Shown here in pieces: positions 20,449-29,707 of a stretch of 64,000 nt of DNA. The translations under genes were made by a program, and so were the position numbers. The notes under the pieces are model-generated. The model saw nothing but the letters and a program-made list of their open reading frames with translations, ran no database searches and was not told where the DNA came from. How positions within the stretch are numbered: the stretch's first letter is position 1; each line of letters starts with the position of its first letter. The DNA is from Candidatus Woesearchaeota archaeon (GTDB taxonomy: Archaea; Nanobdellota; Nanobdellia; Woesearchaeales; GW2011-AR9). The DNA is taken from positions 1,406,260 to 1,470,259 of the forward strand of contig JBAYIU010000001.1 of NCBI GenBank assembly GCA_041665465.1, written 5' to 3'.

Positions 20449-20553
20449 TAAATCTTTCTGTGAAAAAGAGTGCAAATTCCAAAGTATCAGTACAAATTGT
20501 ATCCCTCCCATTTTTACTAAACCTTTAAAAAGCACCCGAATAACTTCCGTCTT

Positions 20554-21591
20554 ATGCTTACCCAGGAAGAAGTTAATATATTAAGAGAAGAAGTTCTTAC
20601 TGCTAGAAATCCCCTTTTTATTTATGATGACGATCCGGATGGTTTATGTTCTTTCCTGATCCTATATAGAATGATTCGTGAAGGACACGGAACCATGGTT
20701 AAAACTTCTCCTAAGGTGGATGTTTCTTTCTTAAGAAGAGTAGAAGAATATCAACCGGATAAGATTTTTGTGTTGGATATGCCTTTTATAGATCAAGAGT
20801 TCTTGGACGGAGTTAAAGTTCCGGTATTCTGGATTGATCATCATGATCCTCAACAGATGCATAAAGTTAAGTATTTTAACCCTAAGACCAGAGAACCAAA
20901 TTCTTATTATCCTGTTACCTGGTTAGCCTACCAAATCTCTGGTAATCCTGAAGATTTGTGGCTAGCAACTACCGGGGTATTGTTTGACGCAGCTATGCCC
21001 AACTTTATTGGTGCTGCACAAGAAAAGTACCCTGAATTGATTCCCTCAACTCCAAAAACAGTAGCTGAAGCAGTATACAAAATGCCTATTGGTAAATTAG
21101 TCAGAATATTCTCGTTCTTATTGAAAGGAGCAACTTCTGAAGTTAATCGGTGCATTAAGATTCTTTCCAGAATTAAATCTCCAGAAGAGATTCTTGAACA
21201 AACTACTTCTCAAGGCAAATTTCTTTACACTCATTATGATAAGATGGTTCATGCTTATGATAATATGTTAGAAAGAGCTAAGGAAAAAGTCACTCGAAGT
21301 AAATTGCTTCTATTTTATTATACCGAGCAAAAATGGTCTTTTACTTCTGATTTAGCTAATGAACTATTTTCGTTGTATCCTCAGAAAGTAATTCTCATCG
21401 CTAGAAACAAAAGTGGAGAGATGAAATGTAGTTTACGTAGTGATGCTCCTATTACTAAAGCTTTAGAGAACGCTTTAATCGGTGTAGAAGGATATGGTGG
21501 TGGACATCCCAAAGCTTGTGGTGTAGTAGTTAAAGAGAAAGACTGGGAACAATTCTTGAAGAACCTTAAAAGAGAAATTAAGAAGATTTAA
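20554..21591 (+). CDS. DHH-family phosphoesterase (RecJ/NrnA-like)
   Basis: YDDDPDG, VLD, WIDHH and DHHA1 GYGGGHPKACG motifs. Confidence 0.92.
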   Translation: MLTQEEVNILREEVLTARNPLFIYDDDPDGLCSFLILYRMIREGHGTMVKTSPKVDVSFLRRVEEYQPDKIFVLDMPFIDQEFLDGVKVPVFWIDHHDPQQMHKVKYFNPKTREPNSYYPVTWLAYQISGNPEDLWLATTGVLFDAAMPNFIGAAQEKYPELIPSTPKTVAEAVYKMPIGKLVRIFSFLLKGATSEVNRCIKILSRIKSPEEILEQTTSQGKFLYTHYDKMVHAYDNMLERAKEKVTRSKLLLFYYTEQKWSFTSDLANELFSLYPQKVILIARNKSGEMKCSLRSDAPITKALENALIGVEGYGGGHPKACGVVVKEKDWEQFLKNLKREIKKI

Positions 21592-21620
21592 ATATCTCTT
21601 CTTTTTCTCCTCTGACTGAA

Positions 21621-22013
21621 ATGTCTCTCTTTTCAAACTTGCTAATGCTGTTAATAGGATATAGCGGTATTCTGTTTGGGATTATCTTAAGCTATATTGC
21701 TCCGGAAGAATTATCCTCCGGAAAGAGGTATTTTATGTTGTTAAGAATGATTCTTTATCTACTCTTTAACCTAATTGTAATCTATTTTTCTTGGTCTATG
21801 AATGATTTGTTTGGAATATTAATCTTGTTGATATTAATCATTGGATCAATATTCGTCTATAAGTTCCCTCAAAAATCTTATTCCTGGTGGGGATTATATG
21901 TGGTGTTTACTTTGTGCTACTTTTTAATCCCTGTATCAAATTTTCAAACTTTAGCTACAGTGTTAACTTTCCTATATGGGTTACCCTTAGGAACCTTACT
22001 AAGAACTCCATGA
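21621..22013 (+). CDS. Integral membrane protein
   Basis: Four to five hydrophobic segments; the stop overlaps the next start (ATGA). Confidence 0.8.
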   Translation: MSLFSNLLMLLIGYSGILFGIILSYIAPEELSSGKRYFMLLRMILYLLFNLIVIYFSWSMNDLFGILILLILIIGSIFVYKFPQKSYSWWGLYVVFTLCYFLIPVSNFQTLATVLTFLYGLPLGTLLRTP

Positions 22014-22660
22014 AGACCAAAGAAAAACAAGATTTGGAAGATGCTTTGAAAGAGAAAGTATCGCCTCTATTAGAAGAGACTATGGAAAAAAATTGGGGTA
22101 TCACCATCCCTAAATTAGGGTCAGATATCACCGATAATCTCAAGAACCCACAATTGAACATTTATATTCCTCCTGATTTAAACTTTGATCAAGCTAAAAA
22201 ACATTTTAAAGGGGAGTTTGTTAAACGAGAATTACGCCTTAACAAGGGAAATATTTCTCAACTGGCTAAATTACTTGGTGTGAATAGAAGAAGTATTCAT
22301 CGAGTGATAAAAGATCTTTCTATCGATAAGAAAAAAGAAACGTTATTATCTAAAGAAGATTATCAACAAGATGTGATTGATAAAACTCTACGTAGTACTT
22401 TAGATCAGTATAAAGCCATCATTCATCCTCAGCAAATGGAAAAGATGTATCAAGAAGTGTCTACTCTTTCTCGAAATATCGCCAAATTTATCCCTTTTGA
22501 AGAACTCTCTTGGAAAGAAGCAGAACGAGAATTTGAAAGACAGTTTTTACAACAAGCTCTTCGTGAGCAGGATAACAATATTTCTAAAACTGCTCAGAAG
22601 ATTGATATTCGTATCGAAACTTTGTACCGGAAGATTAAGAAACTGGGGTTGAAAGGATAG
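22010..22660 (+). CDS. Protein with two Fis-type HTH domains
   Basis: GNISQLAKLLGVNRRSIHRVIK and NNISKTAQKIDIRIETLYRKIKKLGL. Start at 22010 by ATGA coupling. Confidence 0.85.
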   Translation: MKTKEKQDLEDALKEKVSPLLEETMEKNWGITIPKLGSDITDNLKNPQLNIYIPPDLNFDQAKKHFKGEFVKRELRLNKGNISQLAKLLGVNRRSIHRVIKDLSIDKKKETLLSKEDYQQDVIDKTLRSTLDQYKAIIHPQQMEKMYQEVSTLSRNIAKFIPFEELSWKEAEREFERQFLQQALREQDNNISKTAQKIDIRIETLYRKIKKLGLKG

Positions 22661-22722
22661 TTGTCTCTTTTCAGTAGTAAGGTTTATAAATGGTCGTTCT
22701 TTTTTGATACTTGGTGATTTAA

Positions 22723-23232
22723 ATGAGATACATATCAAATATTGTTATGGCTTTAGCTTTTCCTATAATGGTTGGATGTTATGGTCCTCAAACCGTAGAA
22801 GAACGTTCTCCTGTTTTACATGAAAATGGAAGAGTAACTCAACTTACTTATGTTCCTGCTACTCGGAGTAGTAGAATTAGTCCGACTCTTGATTCAAACT
22901 TGAACGTGGGGATTGGTTTTACTGCTATTGGTGGCAGTGGGCTTAGTCCAGCTATTGATTCATCCTCAAACGTAGGGGTTGGTTCTTCTTCTGAGAATGG
23001 AGCTGTTTATGGTGTAACCTTCGAATCTCCAAAGGGAAGATTTGTTTCTCAAGGAACTGATCAGCGTCATCAGGATTTGTGGAAAAGAATGAAAAAAGAT
23101 GTTCCGGTAGAGGTTACCTATCAAGAGGTATATTCTGTTACCTATCAAGATACCGATGGGGATAGGAAAAAAGAACAAGTTGGTCCTAGAAGATTTGTTC
23201 GGTTTGACTTTCTTGATGCTCAACTAAAATAA
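22723..23232 (+). CDS. Putative lipoprotein
   Basis: Signal peptide ending MVGC; SD GGTGA; internal 22-aa duplication. Confidence 0.7.
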   Translation: MRYISNIVMALAFPIMVGCYGPQTVEERSPVLHENGRVTQLTYVPATRSSRISPTLDSNLNVGIGFTAIGGSGLSPAIDSSSNVGVGSSSENGAVYGVTFESPKGRFVSQGTDQRHQDLWKRMKKDVPVEVTYQEVYSVTYQDTDGDRKKEQVGPRRFVRFDFLDAQLK

Positions 23233-23237
23233 TTTTC

Positions 23238-23453
23238 TTATTTCATTAATCTTTCATATTGTTCTGTAGATAATATTCCTTCTATTCTTAATCTGTCATA
23301 AATTTCTTTACGAAAAAGAGGTTCAGGAATAGTCCTAAGATGTTTCTCCCAAAGATCTAAAGGAATTCCGCTGTTTTGATAATATTCTCTCTCTATAGTG
23401 TAAACTCTAGTCAGAGCTTTAATCAACCGTTCTTGATTCGTTTCTGGAAGCAT
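23238..23453 (-). CDS. Small hypothetical protein
   Basis: ORF with TTTTATAA upstream. Confidence 0.55.
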   Translation of the reverse strand: MLPETNQERLIKALTRVYTIEREYYQNSGIPLDLWEKHLRTIPEPLFRKEIYDRLRIEGILSTEQYERLMK

Positions 23454-23587
23454 AATTTGATTTTTAAAGGAAGAATTATAAAACTTTTGTCTTAAAGCCG
23501 AGATTTAAACCTAATCTCTCCACTCCACCACCAAAAACTTTAAGAAGCCCACCGATACCCTTTAGCTATCCAAAAGAGGGATAACTA

Positions 23588-24226
23588 ATGGTAAAAGAAT
23601 TTTTTATGAACTTGCTGAAAAGGCTATCGTTTAATCCTTTTGCTAAAAAGAGCCATATTAAGCTCGGTTTATACGGTCCGCCTAATGGTGGAAAGTCTAC
23701 TTTAGCTAACCGTATTTGTGAAGATTGGTTAGGAGAAAGTATGTCTAGCGTATCTCATATTCCTCATGAAACTCGAGAAATTGTGATCAAAGAGCAAGTT
23801 ACCATTAAGAATGGTAAAGGTAAAGAGTTAACTTTCTCTTTGGTCGATACTCCCGGAATCGCTACTAAAATTGATTATGAAGACTTTCTAAAAAAGGGAC
23901 TGAACAAAGAAGAATCTAAAAGACGAGCTAAAGAAGCGACTAAAGGGGTTATTGACTCCATTAAATGGTTAGATAAGATGGAATCGGTAATCGTAGTATT
24001 AGATGCTACCCAGGATCCTTATTCACAAGTTAACGTTACTATCTTGGGAAACTTACAAGCTCGAGACATTCCCGTATTGATTGTAGCAAATAAGGTTGAT
24101 CTAAAGAAGTCTAGTATTGACTCTATTCAATCAGCTTTTCCCCAGTACAAAGTTATCGGAATTTCCGCTAAATATGGTAAGAATATAGAAGACTTTTATG
24201 AGGAATTGTTCAAGTTTGCTAAGTAA
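23588..24226 (+). CDS. oapA: Era-like GTPase (OapA-like)
   Basis: GPPNGGKST, PHETR, DTPG, NKVD, SAK; followed by DUF2073 and Zn-ribbon genes. Confidence 0.88.
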   Translation: MVKEFFMNLLKRLSFNPFAKKSHIKLGLYGPPNGGKSTLANRICEDWLGESMSSVSHIPHETREIVIKEQVTIKNGKGKELTFSLVDTPGIATKIDYEDFLKKGLNKEESKRRAKEATKGVIDSIKWLDKMESVIVVLDATQDPYSQVNVTILGNLQARDIPVLIVANKVDLKKSSIDSIQSAFPQYKVIGISAKYGKNIEDFYEELFKFAK

Positions 24227-24314
24227 GATATATATTATAATCCCTATAATAAAAAATAAAGTTTAAAAACTATAGATGTTTCCTATACATAGAAAAGAGG
24301 TTTAGATAGTAAAA

Positions 24315-24692
24315 ATGGTTACGTTTCAATTTGTTCCTTATCAAGATATCGAGAATTTATCCTCCGCTAAACGGATTAATAAGCTCTTAAATATTGTTAA
24401 AGAGAATAAGATTGTTCTGATGGAAGGGCGTTTAAAGAAGGAAGAAGAAGCCGATTTAATTGAAATTACTATGGGCGAGATTACCCAGAAATTCAAAGGA
24501 ATTGAATTAAGTGTGATTTATCCAGATAGAAGTAAACAAGATCTGTTCCAGAAAGTTAAAGGGACCATGACTAGTGTGTTGCTAGGAAATCGTGAAGGCA
24601 TGACTATTATCGGGCCGGCGTCAATCGTTAAAAAGATTGAGAAGAACCCCAATAAGATTGAGTTATTCACGCGAGAAGCGCGTGGAGATTAA
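24315..24692 (+). CDS. oapB: DUF2073 protein (OapB-like)
   Basis: IVLMEGRL..EEEADLIE.TM..I...FKGIE, GMTIIGPA. Confidence 0.85.
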   Translation: MVTFQFVPYQDIENLSSAKRINKLLNIVKENKIVLMEGRLKKEEEADLIEITMGEITQKFKGIELSVIYPDRSKQDLFQKVKGTMTSVLLGNREGMTIIGPASIVKKIEKNPNKIELFTREARGD

Positions 24693-24748
24693 AACCTATA
24701 TAATCGTAAAGAGAAAAGGTTAAAAAGCCGTTGGGCTGATAAATATAT

Positions 24749-25147
24749 ATGCCACACCAATGCGTCCGATGTAATACCCTTTATCCGGAAGGGGCAGAAG
24801 AAATTCTTAAAGGATGTAAATGCGGAGCTCGATTATTTTTTTATATCAAACAGCAACACATTGATGAAGGTAAGAAACTTATCAGCAATTTAACTGCAGA
24901 AGATAAGAAAGCAATAGAAGAGGATGTTACCGAGATCTTAACCTTAAAATCCACTCCTGATGCTCCGGTAGTGTTAGATATCGAAGCAATTAGAATCTTA
25001 AAACCGGGGAAGTATGAATTAGACTTAGTACATTTGTTCAAGAAAGATCCACTGATAATTAAATTAGAAGAAGGAAAGTATGTGATTGATTTACCTCATT
25101 TGTTTAAAGAATCTTCTTTAGATAAGGATGAAGACAGTTCTCTTTAG
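24749..25147 (+). CDS. oapC: Zn-ribbon DUF2072 protein (OapC-like)
   Basis: MPHQCVRC...ILKGCKCG...IRILKPGKYELDL. Confidence 0.88.
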   Translation: MPHQCVRCNTLYPEGAEEILKGCKCGARLFFYIKQQHIDEGKKLISNLTAEDKKAIEEDVTEILTLKSTPDAPVVLDIEAIRILKPGKYELDLVHLFKKDPLIIKLEEGKYVIDLPHLFKESSLDKDEDSSL

Positions 25148-25215
25148 TTTTTAGATTAACTTACGAGTGTTCTAGTCTAGAAATACTTATAAATTTAGGA
25201 CTACTGTAATTAAAT

Positions 25216-26022
25216 ATGGGTTATGATACGAAATTAGTTATTGATGATCAAGGAGCACTTAAAATTGATAGCTTAACTGCTTTAACTTCTGAAGATTGGG
25301 GAGATTGGATCAGAGATCAACTTCAAGAGAGGATGGTGGTAATGATTAGTGGAGAGCATGAAGATGATTCTACTTCTGTGTTTTCAAGACATGTTCCTTA
25401 TTTGGATCCTTCTGAAAGAATTAAAGCCTATGAAGGCATAACTCAATGTCTGGACGGAGCTTATCAAGAAAGAAAGGACGATTCAAAAAGATCTCAGTGG
25501 AATGATCATTTCTTAGATAGCTTACTTTTCTTAACCGGAGATATAGAATCCCGATCTGAAAGAGATGGGTTCAATCACCAAGATGATTATTTTGCTCAAA
25601 GAAGTGAGTTAATTACTAGATTTTTAGAAATACTAGAGGCAAAACCTAGTTTAAGCAGTTCTAGAAAAAAGATTGATCTTTATGGAAGAACATTGCAGGC
25701 TCTTTGTGGTACTCAGTCAAAATTACCTTTAGAATTCTGGAATAAACAACTTGAACTTTCTCCTTCCGTTTATGGGTCAGTTTGTTTTAGCGGAGCCTCA
25801 TATAATTCTCCTTATGATGGAATAGCTATTATTTCTCAAGTTGATTGGTCTGAAAGAACGAAATGGACCATGCACGGCTCTTTATTGTACTTTTATCATA
25901 AACATTATGGAGATAAGGAAGTAATAGAAGCAATTGAAAGAAAGAAGTTGGAACTTCCAGCAAGAGCACATGAAGTGTTTGATTTAGCAAAGAGTGGTGC
26001 TGATCGTCTTGTAAAAGGATAA
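25216..26022 (+). CDS. Hypothetical protein
   Basis: Long ORF with TATA (CTTATAAA) upstream; no recognised motif. Confidence 0.7.
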   Translation: MGYDTKLVIDDQGALKIDSLTALTSEDWGDWIRDQLQERMVVMISGEHEDDSTSVFSRHVPYLDPSERIKAYEGITQCLDGAYQERKDDSKRSQWNDHFLDSLLFLTGDIESRSERDGFNHQDDYFAQRSELITRFLEILEAKPSLSSSRKKIDLYGRTLQALCGTQSKLPLEFWNKQLELSPSVYGSVCFSGASYNSPYDGIAIISQVDWSERTKWTMHGSLLYFYHKHYGDKEVIEAIERKKLELPARAHEVFDLAKSGADRLVKG

Positions 26023-26028
26023 GTTAAT

Positions 26029-26697
26029 TTAATCCTTTACAACTTCTGGTGCTAGCTGTAAAACCTTTTTCTTTCGAGAAAATTTATCTCGTATCGCTTT
26101 TAAAACTCCTTTCTGAGTAGTGGGGGGAACATAAACCTGTTCTAAGAAATATTCTGCACCAAATCCTCCTTCTACTGCTAATAATGCTCCAGCTGCTGCT
26201 GATTTAACTAAGAATGATAATTGAGGACATAATTCTGGATGATTTTCACATGCGGGCATGGGGGTGTTAGTAACCAAAGAATAAATTCCTGCCATTACAA
26301 ATGATAAAGGTACATATATATTCTTGAATGCTCTCCATCCAGAAAATTTGGGTTGAGATGGGCATCCGGTTTCTGTGATTAATTCTAGTTCTCTGTCTTC
26401 TGCTTTCTGGTATCTTTCATTTATCCCCGCTAGACTTCTTGCTTCAACTGCAGTTACTCCTCCTACAAATCCTAAAGAGATTAAATAATGTGCGGGAGTG
26501 GAATAATTTCCTTGTAAAATAGTCGCAAGACCAAAATAGGCAGCCATTCCAAATAAACTAACCCGACCAGCAACTTCTGCTCTTTTTGCTAAATCATATT
26601 TGCTATATCCAAAATGATCTTGACAGTAAGTGGTTGCTTTCTCAAAGCCATTCCAGATAGCCATGTCCGCTTTAAGGAAAAGATCTTCTAATCCCAT
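26029..26697 (-). CDS. Hypothetical membrane protein
   Basis: Three to four hydrophobic segments; SD GAGG. Confidence 0.7.
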   Translation of the reverse strand: MGLEDLFLKADMAIWNGFEKATTYCQDHFGYSKYDLAKRAEVAGRVSLFGMAAYFGLATILQGNYSTPAHYLISLGFVGGVTAVEARSLAGINERYQKAEDRELELITETGCPSQPKFSGWRAFKNIYVPLSFVMAGIYSLVTNTPMPACENHPELCPQLSFLVKSAAAGALLAVEGGFGAEYFLEQVYVPPTTQKGVLKAIRDKFSRKKKVLQLAPEVVKD

Positions 26698-26836
26698 ATG
26701 GTAAAAATCCTCGTTAGTTTATTGAGAAGGGGATTATTTATAAAACTTTTGTATTTAATCTACTGAGGAGTAGTAATTTTACCAAAGGCCATTTTATTCT
26801 TCCAACTATCTTTTAAAAATAATCCCTAAAATATTT

Positions 26837-27349
26837 TTACAACTTACTCTTTACTGCTTTATCCGAGATAATCGCAGAATGGCCAGAAGGATCTTCAATA
26901 ATAATCTTTAACTTTTCTCTGCCTACTAAAGCTTTACCTAATTTCTTAACCAAATTTCTGCCTTTGTTCTTGGCATCTTCGTCTTCTTCTCCTTCAACAG
27001 AAGACTCAATCATTTTCTTGATTTTTTCTAATAATCCTTCTACATTAGTGATGAACCCTTCAGAAGCTACTCCTGGTTCCATAGTTATTACATGAGGAAT
27101 CTTTACTGTAGCTTCTCCGGACTTAACGATTCTGACGTTTAAGTCTTCTTCGCTTTCTACTTCAAAAGTATACTTAGCTGGTTCTTTCTCTTCTGCCGGC
27201 TCGATATCGGACTTACGGAAACCGCATCCTTCACATTCCATCGATAGAACATAAACTTTACCAAAGTAAGGTATATCTAATTCTTCCTCTTTCAAGGTTA
27301 ACTTCTTTTCTCCACATAAGTGGCATGGTTGTCCTTTAAGTTCTGACAT
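26837..27349 (-). CDS. ZPR1 zinc-finger protein
   Basis: CHLC...IPYFG...CEGCGFR, FITNVEGLL, IIEDPSGHSAI. Confidence 0.95.
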   Translation of the reverse strand: MSELKGQPCHLCGEKKLTLKEEELDIPYFGKVYVLSMECEGCGFRKSDIEPAEEKEPAKYTFEVESEEDLNVRIVKSGEATVKIPHVITMEPGVASEGFITNVEGLLEKIKKMIESSVEGEEDEDAKNKGRNLVKKLGKALVGREKLKIIIEDPSGHSAIISDKAVKSKL

Positions 27350-27465
27350 AAGCTTAGCATAGATTTGGCATTTAAAAAGATTTCTATGAGGAAAGCTTAA
27401 GATTCAAATATCTTCTTTTAGATGAAGTAAGTTTTATAAATAGCATTTAAATTTATTCTCTTAAT

Positions 27466-27567
27466 GCACCGATGATATAACGGTTAGTATTACAGCCTTC
27501 CAAGCTGTCTATCGGGGTTCGAATGCAAGCAAGTCTAATTTGCTGCGAGAAAGTCCCCGTCGGTGCA
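27466..27567 (+). tRNA. tRNA-Gly(TCC) with a 30-nt intron in the T-loop (about 27524-27553, position 59/60)
   Basis: Acceptor stem GCACCGA/TCGGTGC, D stem ATAT/GTAT, anticodon stem ACAGC/GCTGT with loop CTTCCAA (TCC at 27499-27501), T stem CGGGG/CCCCG interrupted after TTCGAA. TATA box at about 27432-27441. Confidence 0.9.
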
Positions 27568-27654
27568 GTTCTTTTTCCTTAATTTGTTTAATTCAGCATG
27601 TAGTTACTTCATTCTAATAATATTTATATAGCTCTTTCCCGCCCAGAGCTTAAA

Positions 27655-28674
27655 ATGGCAACTTTATATGGAATCCTATATGCTGGCAACCAGCTGAGAT
27701 ATATGGATCTCACTGAAACAAAAGATACCTTCATGGTTAACAATCCCTTTTTAGGAAAATCAGGTATTCGTGGAATTGAGAGCCTTACTTTATTCAACGA
27801 TGACGTGGTTTTCTCTGGAAGGACTTATGATGTTCGAGGAGGTTATGATACTGGCGAATATATCTTCCATCTCTTTTCTGATGCTAAGCCGGTAATTCGC
27901 CGATCTTCTTCTTTCGACTTTGCCGTTCACAACGGAAAACTGATTGATGCCGGTTTTGAGCATTTAAGTTTAGCAGATAGAGATCCAAATCGTAGTGCCC
28001 TTCCCTTTTTGATCTCCGAGGAAGAGATGAGAAGTGCAGGATTAAGTGGTTTCATAGGGTTAGGGGTTGATGCAGAAGAAAGGTTGTATGCTTGGGCTTG
28101 GAAAGAAGGAAGAAATCCCAATACTCGCAGTCCGGAAACAGTAGCTACGGTTCTAGTAAATCTAGATTGCTGTAATAATTATTATAATGTTGGCAAAACA
28201 GTTCTTACTTACAATAAAAGAGGTGGAGATTGTACTCGTGGAATTCTTCTTCCCGGAGGAGAACTTAGAGGAGAGGATGGTCAGGATTATCCCTTCTCGG
28301 CTCTAAGCACTTCTTTTGGAGATTACTTAGACCTAAACGGAAAAAAAGTTGAAGGTTCTGAAGCAGGTAAATCTAATTGGTGGCGAGATGTTAGAACTAT
28401 TTCTCTGGAAGGAAGTCAACTAGAAGTATTATGTTCAGATTATGTTGGAAGAGTTTTTACTGCCCTGAATATCGACCTTTCTAGTCCAAAAGTTGTTGAA
28501 CGTCGTTCTATCGGATCGATTCGGAAAGAAATGGATCACACTATTAATAGAGCTCTACCCATTACTGATGAAAAATGGCATACTCAGTTAATGGAAAGAG
28601 GCCGGCAGATGAGAAGTAGGGGTATAAAAGAATTTGTCCCTAACATTCCCTCTGGTGGTAGGGGGTGTTGTTAG
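27655..28674 (+). CDS. Hypothetical beta-rich protein (possibly propeller-like)
   Basis: Long ORF with a TATA element upstream; alternating beta-strand patterns. Confidence 0.7.
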   Translation: MATLYGILYAGNQLRYMDLTETKDTFMVNNPFLGKSGIRGIESLTLFNDDVVFSGRTYDVRGGYDTGEYIFHLFSDAKPVIRRSSSFDFAVHNGKLIDAGFEHLSLADRDPNRSALPFLISEEEMRSAGLSGFIGLGVDAEERLYAWAWKEGRNPNTRSPETVATVLVNLDCCNNYYNVGKTVLTYNKRGGDCTRGILLPGGELRGEDGQDYPFSALSTSFGDYLDLNGKKVEGSEAGKSNWWRDVRTISLEGSQLEVLCSDYVGRVFTALNIDLSSPKVVERRSIGSIRKEMDHTINRALPITDEKWHTQLMERGRQMRSRGIKEFVPNIPSGGRGCC

Positions 28675-28687
28675 AATTATATTTTTT

Positions 28688-29611
28688 CTAACTTCTCCAT
28701 TCTACTTCCAACTCTTCAAAATGACCTAAATGATGAGCTTTAAGGAAAGCGTCTATTACTAATCTAATCTTATCTTCTTTATATTTGGGTCTTAACTTAC
28801 GAACGATTAAATATAATGTTCTTTGATCTTCTATCATAGTATCCATCTTTAATGCGGCATCTCCAATATCCTCATCTTCGGTTAAACTGGCTTTGGCTCT
28901 TTCTATCAAAGCCAGAAAGATGTCCTCTCCCAAATCTCGATATCTTCCTGATTTTCCATAAGCCATCTTGGCTACCATTGCCTTAACAAAGAGGTCTTCT
29001 TCAGTTTCTATCTCCTCTTCCAACTCTTGTTCTAGTAATACTGAACGAGCTAGTTTCACAATTGCAGCATGTTCAGAAATACTCCCTTGGGAATAGCTCT
29101 CTGCCCTAAACGCTTTATACAAAGCTGCTTCGTTGAAGAAGATTAAACGAAACAATCTTTCTAATAATTCTTTAGAAGGCTTTCTTAAAACTAATTTAAT
29201 CAAATGGTGTTCTAAAATTAAAGTATCATGGATCTCTTTAAAGATGATTAAAAGAGCTGCTTGTTTTTTCTTTTCTTGAACTAATTCTCTGGCTATACTT
29301 CCAATATTCAGATCATTCCTTAATTTATCTAAATCTCTAAGAAGAATTTCTTCTTCTTTCTCTTCTTCCTCTAATGTGATTAATTCTGGAGGGATTAACG
29401 CTTCTATCTGTTGTAATACTCTGCGTGTTTCATCAAAGTTGATTAGCGCTTGCTCGATATATTGTCCAAATCTGAAATGCTTGGCTAAGGCTTCTCTTTG
29501 CGGAAAATTGTTCAAATGAGCATCCCATAGAACTAATCTCTTTTCCTCGTCTAGTTCTAATCTCTTAGCAGCTTTCTTATTATCTCCAAAAAGATGATTA
29601 AGTAAACCCAT
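28688..29611 (-). CDS. Hypothetical helical protein
   Basis: Long ORF rich in E/L/K. Confidence 0.75.
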   Translation of the reverse strand: MGLLNHLFGDNKKAAKRLELDEEKRLVLWDAHLNNFPQREALAKHFRFGQYIEQALINFDETRRVLQQIEALIPPELITLEEEEKEEEILLRDLDKLRNDLNIGSIARELVQEKKKQAALLIIFKEIHDTLILEHHLIKLVLRKPSKELLERLFRLIFFNEAALYKAFRAESYSQGSISEHAAIVKLARSVLLEQELEEEIETEEDLFVKAMVAKMAYGKSGRYRDLGEDIFLALIERAKASLTEDEDIGDAALKMDTMIEDQRTLYLIVRKLRPKYKEDKIRLVIDAFLKAHHLGHFEELEVEWRS

Positions 29612-29707
29612 AATATTTAGAAAATGAGGATATTAATAAATGATTTGTTTGTTAAACTAAAGCTCTCCTCCGCAAATAATATAAACCCTTAAATTCCCAT
29701 TTTATCT

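Noticed and set aside
22879..22989. 66-nt duplication in the lipoprotein as a diversification element
   Set aside because: It is a single degenerate in-frame duplication with no adenine-specific mismatch pattern.
27567..29611. Island integrated at tRNA-Gly
   Set aside because: No integrase and no duplicated tRNA 3' end was seen downstream.
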